A stretch of DNA of 28,367 nt. Origin: an uncultured Polyangiaceae bacterium (GTDB taxonomy: Bacteria; Myxococcota_A; Polyangia; Polyangiales; Polyangiaceae). The position numbers were made by a program, and so were the translations under genes. The stretch covers positions 1 through 28,367 of the forward strand of contig CAYYKK010000064.1 in the NCBI GenBank assembly GCA_964467935.1, written 5' to 3'. This document shows positions 25,174 through 28,367 of the stretch, piece by piece. Numbering within the stretch: position 1 is the first letter of the stretch; the number at the start of each line of letters is the position of its first letter. The notes under the pieces are model-generated. The model was not told the origin of the DNA, ran no database searches, and worked only from the letters and a program-made list of their open reading frames with translations.

Positions 25174-26789
25174 TCGCTCTCGCCTCGCGGGGCGGGTCTC
25201 AGACTGGCCAGGCGCCCCGACAAGCTCGTTCGGGCGATGCCGAGCTCACGCGCGGCGTGGGCGATCACACCGCCGTGCTTCTCCAGCGCCGCGGCGATGA
25301 GGCTCGCTTCGCGGGCTTCTGCGGCAGCCCGCTCCGCCTGCACGCTGCGCCAAGCTGCGCCGAGGTCCGCGCCCGACGGCGTCGGGGCGCTCGTCTCGAG
25401 GAGCGCCCGCGGAGGCTGCCACCGCGGCAACGCGTCGAGTCCGAAGTCGTCGGCGGTCACGGCGTCGAGGTCGATCTTGGAGTCGGTCTTCGATTTTCGC
25501 CGGGCGCGCTCCCACGCGCGAGTGAGGATCGCAAAGAGCTCGCGCAGGTTTCCGCGCCACGGGAGATCCGGGCTCATGAGCAGCCCCTCGAGCGCCGGCG
25601 AGAGCTCGCAGCGGCGCTCGGCGTCGAGGCCCGCGAGGTGCCTCTGGGCGAGCTCCGGGATGTCGGCCCTGCGGTCGCGGAGGGCGGGCACTCGGAGCGC
25701 CGATCCCGCGAGCCGATAATAGAGATCCGCGCGCAGCTTCCCTTCTCGAATCGCGGCGAGCGGATCCTTGTTGGTGCACACGAAGATGCGGACGTCGGCG
25801 CGCTTCGGCTCGGCTCGGTCCCACCCGAGCGGCCGGTATTCGCCATATTGGGTGAAATCGAGCAGCAGCTTCTGCGCTTCGACGGTCAGATTCGAGAGCT
25901 CGTCGAGGATCAAGGTACCTCCATCGGCCAGCTCGACCAGCCCTGCGCGGCGCGCCAGGGCCCCAGAAAACGCACCCTTCGCGTGCCCGAAGAGCTCCGA
26001 CGAGATCGTGTTGAGGTCGTCGCTCGTCCCGAGCATCGACCGCACGACGGGCAAACGACGACTGGCCCTCGCCATCGCGCGCACGAGCTCCGTCTTGCCG
26101 GTGCCCGACTCGCCCACGACGAGCACGGGGGCGGCGGAATCGAGCGCGATTTCCACATCGGCGCGGAGCCTCCGGAGCGACCCATGGGCGAGCAGCTCGT
26201 CCAATTCGAGCGCTGACCCGCGACTCTCCACCGAGGCGAGGCACCGCAGCCGTTCGCGCGACTCGTCGGCTCCCTCGGCGAGCTCGATGGTCAATGCGAG
26301 CGCAATGGCGGCCACGTCGAGCGCGCCCCGGGGGTCTCCCTCGAGCCCGCCTTGGACCTTCTTCGAATCGACGTAGAGCGCGCCCATCAGCGAGTCGGTA
26401 TGCGAGCGCCAGCGAGGCCGTCGCAGGGGAGTCGCCGCCGCGGCGAGAATACCGAGCGTGGCCATGCTGTCGCTCCGGGCGGCGGAAGCGTCTTGTTCCC
26501 AAACGACGGTCCGCCGCTCGCGCATCGCGTCCGCGATGATGGTGCGCGAGATCTCCTGGCGTTCGCTTGGGCTGAGGGCGCGACCGCGACGTCTGCCCTG
26601 GATGGAGAGGATCGATCCGTCGCCGTCGAGAAGCACGACGAGGCCGCGATCTGCGCCGATCGCATCGACGACCGCGTCGAGGCATTCGTCGACGAATGCG
26701 CCACGGCTCTCGCACTCGAGCAAGCGCGCCACGAGTCTGCCCACGCGGCCCCCCGCGGTCGAGTCCTGCGCGACGACCGGGCCTTCCAC
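25170..26789 (-). CDS. Sigma54-dependent transcriptional activator (bacterial enhancer-binding protein) with an N-terminal GAF-like sensor domain
   Basis: Walker A VLVVGESGTGKTELVRAMA. GAFTGA-loop variant GHAKGAFSGA. Also LFVCTNKDP...LRADLYYRL and RRADIPELAQRHL. C-terminal Fis-type HTH ALEKHGGVIAHAARELGIARTSLSGRL. N-terminal GAF-like ~160 aa. The start is GTG at 26789, and no in-frame ATG exists nearby. Confidence 0.8.
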   Translation of the reverse strand: MEGPVVAQDSTAGGRVGRLVARLLECESRGAFVDECLDAVVDAIGADRGLVVLLDGDGSILSIQGRRRGRALSPSERQEISRTIIADAMRERRTVVWEQDASAARSDSMATLGILAAAATPLRRPRWRSHTDSLMGALYVDSKKVQGGLEGDPRGALDVAAIALALTIELAEGADESRERLRCLASVESRGSALELDELLAHGSLRRLRADVEIALDSAAPVLVVGESGTGKTELVRAMARASRRLPVVRSMLGTSDDLNTISSELFGHAKGAFSGALARRAGLVELADGGTLILDELSNLTVEAQKLLLDFTQYGEYRPLGWDRAEPKRADVRIFVCTNKDPLAAIREGKLRADLYYRLAGSALRVPALRDRRADIPELAQRHLAGLDAERRCELSPALEGLLMSPDLPWRGNLRELFAILTRAWERARRKSKTDSKIDLDAVTADDFGLDALPRWQPPRALLETSAPTPSGADLGAAWRSVQAERAAAEAREASLIAAALEKHGGVIAHAARELGIARTSLSGRLASLRPAPRGESE

Positions 26790-26896
26790 GAGGCGGGGAA
26801 TACCATGGCTCGCCCGCGGGACGGAAGCCGTCGCGGCGACGAGCGCCGTCGCGACGAGGTACGTCGCAACCGGTCATTCGGGCAGCGGCCGAGCGA

Positions 26897-27322
26897 ATGA
26901 ATTCGCGCTCATACTCAGCCGGAGCGGTCCGCAGGTTCGCTTGCGGCGTTCGGCACGGCGAATGCTCAGCGACTCCGTCGATGAGGACTGCCGCTCCCTA
27001 TGGAATCGTGCACCGGGGTTCGCCTGGCTTCGTGAAGGAATCTTTATTTCCGAGATCGAACACGGGATCCGTCGCGGCGACGCTCGTCCGCGATGCCGTG
27101 GTCGAGGCTCGATTGGGCCAGGTCCGCGTCGCGTGGTGCCTCACGCCTCGCCAGTCGGACATCGTCCGCCGGCTGGCCATGGGGGATGCGAACAAAGAAA
27201 TTGCGGTGTCGCTCGGCGTCAGCGCGCGAACGGTCGAGCAACACGTCGCCGATCTGCTCGAGAAGATCGGCGCCGACAGCCGTCTTCGACTCGTTTCGCG
27301 ATTCTGGACCGACTCGATCTGA
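26897..27322 (+). CDS. Small LuxR/GerE-family HTH regulator
   Basis: The C-terminus LTPRQSDIVRRLAMGDANKEIAVSLGVSARTVEQHVADLLEKIGADSRLRLV is a canonical GerE/LuxR HTH. The start is uncertain: ATG 26897, or ATG 26981 (MRTAAPYG...). It is divergent from the sigma54 activator. Confidence 0.55.
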   Translation: MNSRSYSAGAVRRFACGVRHGECSATPSMRTAAPYGIVHRGSPGFVKESLFPRSNTGSVAATLVRDAVVEARLGQVRVAWCLTPRQSDIVRRLAMGDANKEIAVSLGVSARTVEQHVADLLEKIGADSRLRLVSRFWTDSI

Positions 27323-27603
27323 GCTCGAGCGCCGGGGCTCGCCGTGCCCGTTCGCCCTTGCGTGACGAACGAGGCTCACCCCAGCGAACGCACTCCTGCC
27401 GGTTTGAATTCACACTTCGAGGTCCACGCAGTCGAGCTCCACACCGTGGGCCCGACGACTGACGAGCACGGGAGGGCGCGGCGAGCTCGAGTCGCCGGCG
27501 CTGTCGGTGCGCTCAGCCGCGCGCCGCCATCGACCGGAAGCGCCACACTAAAGGGGCGATTGGGGGGAGCTCACGTGGTTCACGCAGGACCGTCGGCGCG
27601 ACG

Positions 27604-28367
27604 CTACGAGCCGTCGGTGCCATCGGACAGCACGACGGCGGTGCTGGTCTCTCGCCCCCCCCGCGGCGCCCTCGCGACATCGCCACGACGCCGCACCTTG
27701 AGCACGCCGAGGCTCGCCGTAGCGAGCCACGCGCGCAGCGGGCCGCGGTGAGGGCACGGCGGGATCACGTCGGTCGCCTCGGTGAGGAGGCGCTCCACGA
27801 GGCGGAAGCTCTCCTCCTCCCCGAGCTGAGCGACCGCGTTCGGGCGGCCGTGCTCGGCGTCGCGCCCGCACGCCTTGCCATGGTCGCGCTCGCTGCCGAT
27901 CGCGTCGACGATGTCGTCGGCGACTTGGTAGGCGCGCCCGAGCGCCCTGCCGACCTCGCGCCACGCCCGCTCGTCCGCGCCAGCCGCGATCGCGCCGAGC
28001 GCGCACGCGGCCTCGAAGAGCGCCGCGGTCTTCGCGTGGTGATAGGTCAGGAGCGCCACCTTGGGCTCGGACTCCCACGCCTGCCCGGCGATGATGCCGT
28101 TCGGGTGACCCGTCGCCTCGGCGAGCGTCACGATCATGCGGCCGAGCGATCCCGGCCTCTGCATCGGCGCGCGCGCCAGCGTCTGGAACGCCAAGACGAG
28201 CAACGCGTCCCCGACGAGCACCGCCGTGGCCTCGCCGAACGCCTTCTGCACCGAGGGCACGCCACGTCGCAGCGGGGCGTCGTCGAAGCACGGCAGATCG
28301 TCGTGCACGAGCGACGCGCAGTGCACCAGCTCGAGCGCCACGGCGGCGGCGTCGGCGGCGGCTGCAT
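27604..28367 (-). CDS. trans-Isoprenyl (polyprenyl) diphosphate synthase, GGPP/FPP synthase type. The N-terminus lies beyond the window end
   Basis: First Asp-rich motif HCASLVHDDLPCFDDAPLRRG (DDxxxxD). Second Asp-rich motif GRAYQVADDIVD. Then GKACGRDAEHGRPNAVAQLG. The frame is open to the window edge (...AAAADAAAVALELVHCASLVHDD), so the track's Met at 28341 is really an internal GTG. Confidence 0.8.
   Translation of the reverse strand, partial: AAAADAAAVALELVHCASLVHDDLPCFDDAPLRRGVPSVQKAFGEATAVLVGDALLVLAFQTLARAPMQRPGSLGRMIVTLAEATGHPNGIIAGQAWESEPKVALLTYHHAKTAALFEAACALGAIAAGADERAWREVGRALGRAYQVADDIVDAIGSERDHGKACGRDAEHGRPNAVAQLGEEESFRLVERLLTEATDVIPPCPHRGPLRAWLATASLGVLKVRRRGDVARAPRGGRETSTAVVLSDGTDGS

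Noticed and set aside
25246-27462. ORFs 25246..26877 (-) and 26458..27462 (+)
   Set aside because: Alternative frames of the sigma54 activator and LuxR regions. Arg/Pro-rich with no motifs.
1-28367. Sigma54-type promoters (TGGCAC-N5-TTGC), CRISPR arrays, tRNA/rRNA genes, transposases/IS elements
   Set aside because: I looked by eye for these signatures and found none. In particular, GG-N10-GC candidates upstream of the flotillin operon did not match consensus.

Overview
This is a 28.4 kb window of very high GC (about 70%) whose antisense frames are full of long spurious R/G/A-rich ORFs. Codon bias, Ser/Thr-kinase content, a TIGR02266-type PilZ-like domain and Cys-rich lipoproteins point to a myxobacterial (Myxococcota, Sorangiineae-like) chromosome; this is inference, since I ran no search. 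I support 19 protein-coding genes and found no rRNA, tRNA, CRISPR array or transposase. Two of the genes are edge-truncated, and the ORF track misses the TolC-like one at 1..774 entirely while mis-calling the start of the prenyl synthase at the far end. Left to right: a TolC-like outer-membrane efflux protein (partial), a multi-TM PAS sensor histidine kinase, a DUF1795 (EagT6/DcrB-like) chaperone coupled to a lysine-rich protein with an H1-like tail, then a long minus-strand operon. That operon runs SUFU-like protein, NfeD/YqiJ-like OB-fold membrane protein, flotillin (718 aa), and a 2049-aa protein with one MoxR-type AAA+ module, a Q/A-rich coiled-coil tract and a C-terminal PilZ-like domain. 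Then come a Cys-rich lipoprotein, a TetR-M81 (MlrC-like) peptidase operon preceded by tandem 16-bp repeats, a second Cys-rich lipoprotein on the minus strand, a translationally coupled three-gene envelope operon (CsgG/LpoB-like lipoprotein, Pro-rich beta-rich secreted protein, Cys-rich lipoprotein), a coupled sigma54-activator(GAF) / Ser-Thr-kinase-AAA-TPR operon, a small LuxR-type regulator, and a partial polyprenyl diphosphate synthase. The most interesting candidate for an undescribed system is the yqiJK-like flotillin operon extended by the giant AAA+/PilZ-like ATPase and headed by a SUFU-like gene. Second is the DUF1795 plus H1-tailed lysine-rich pair.
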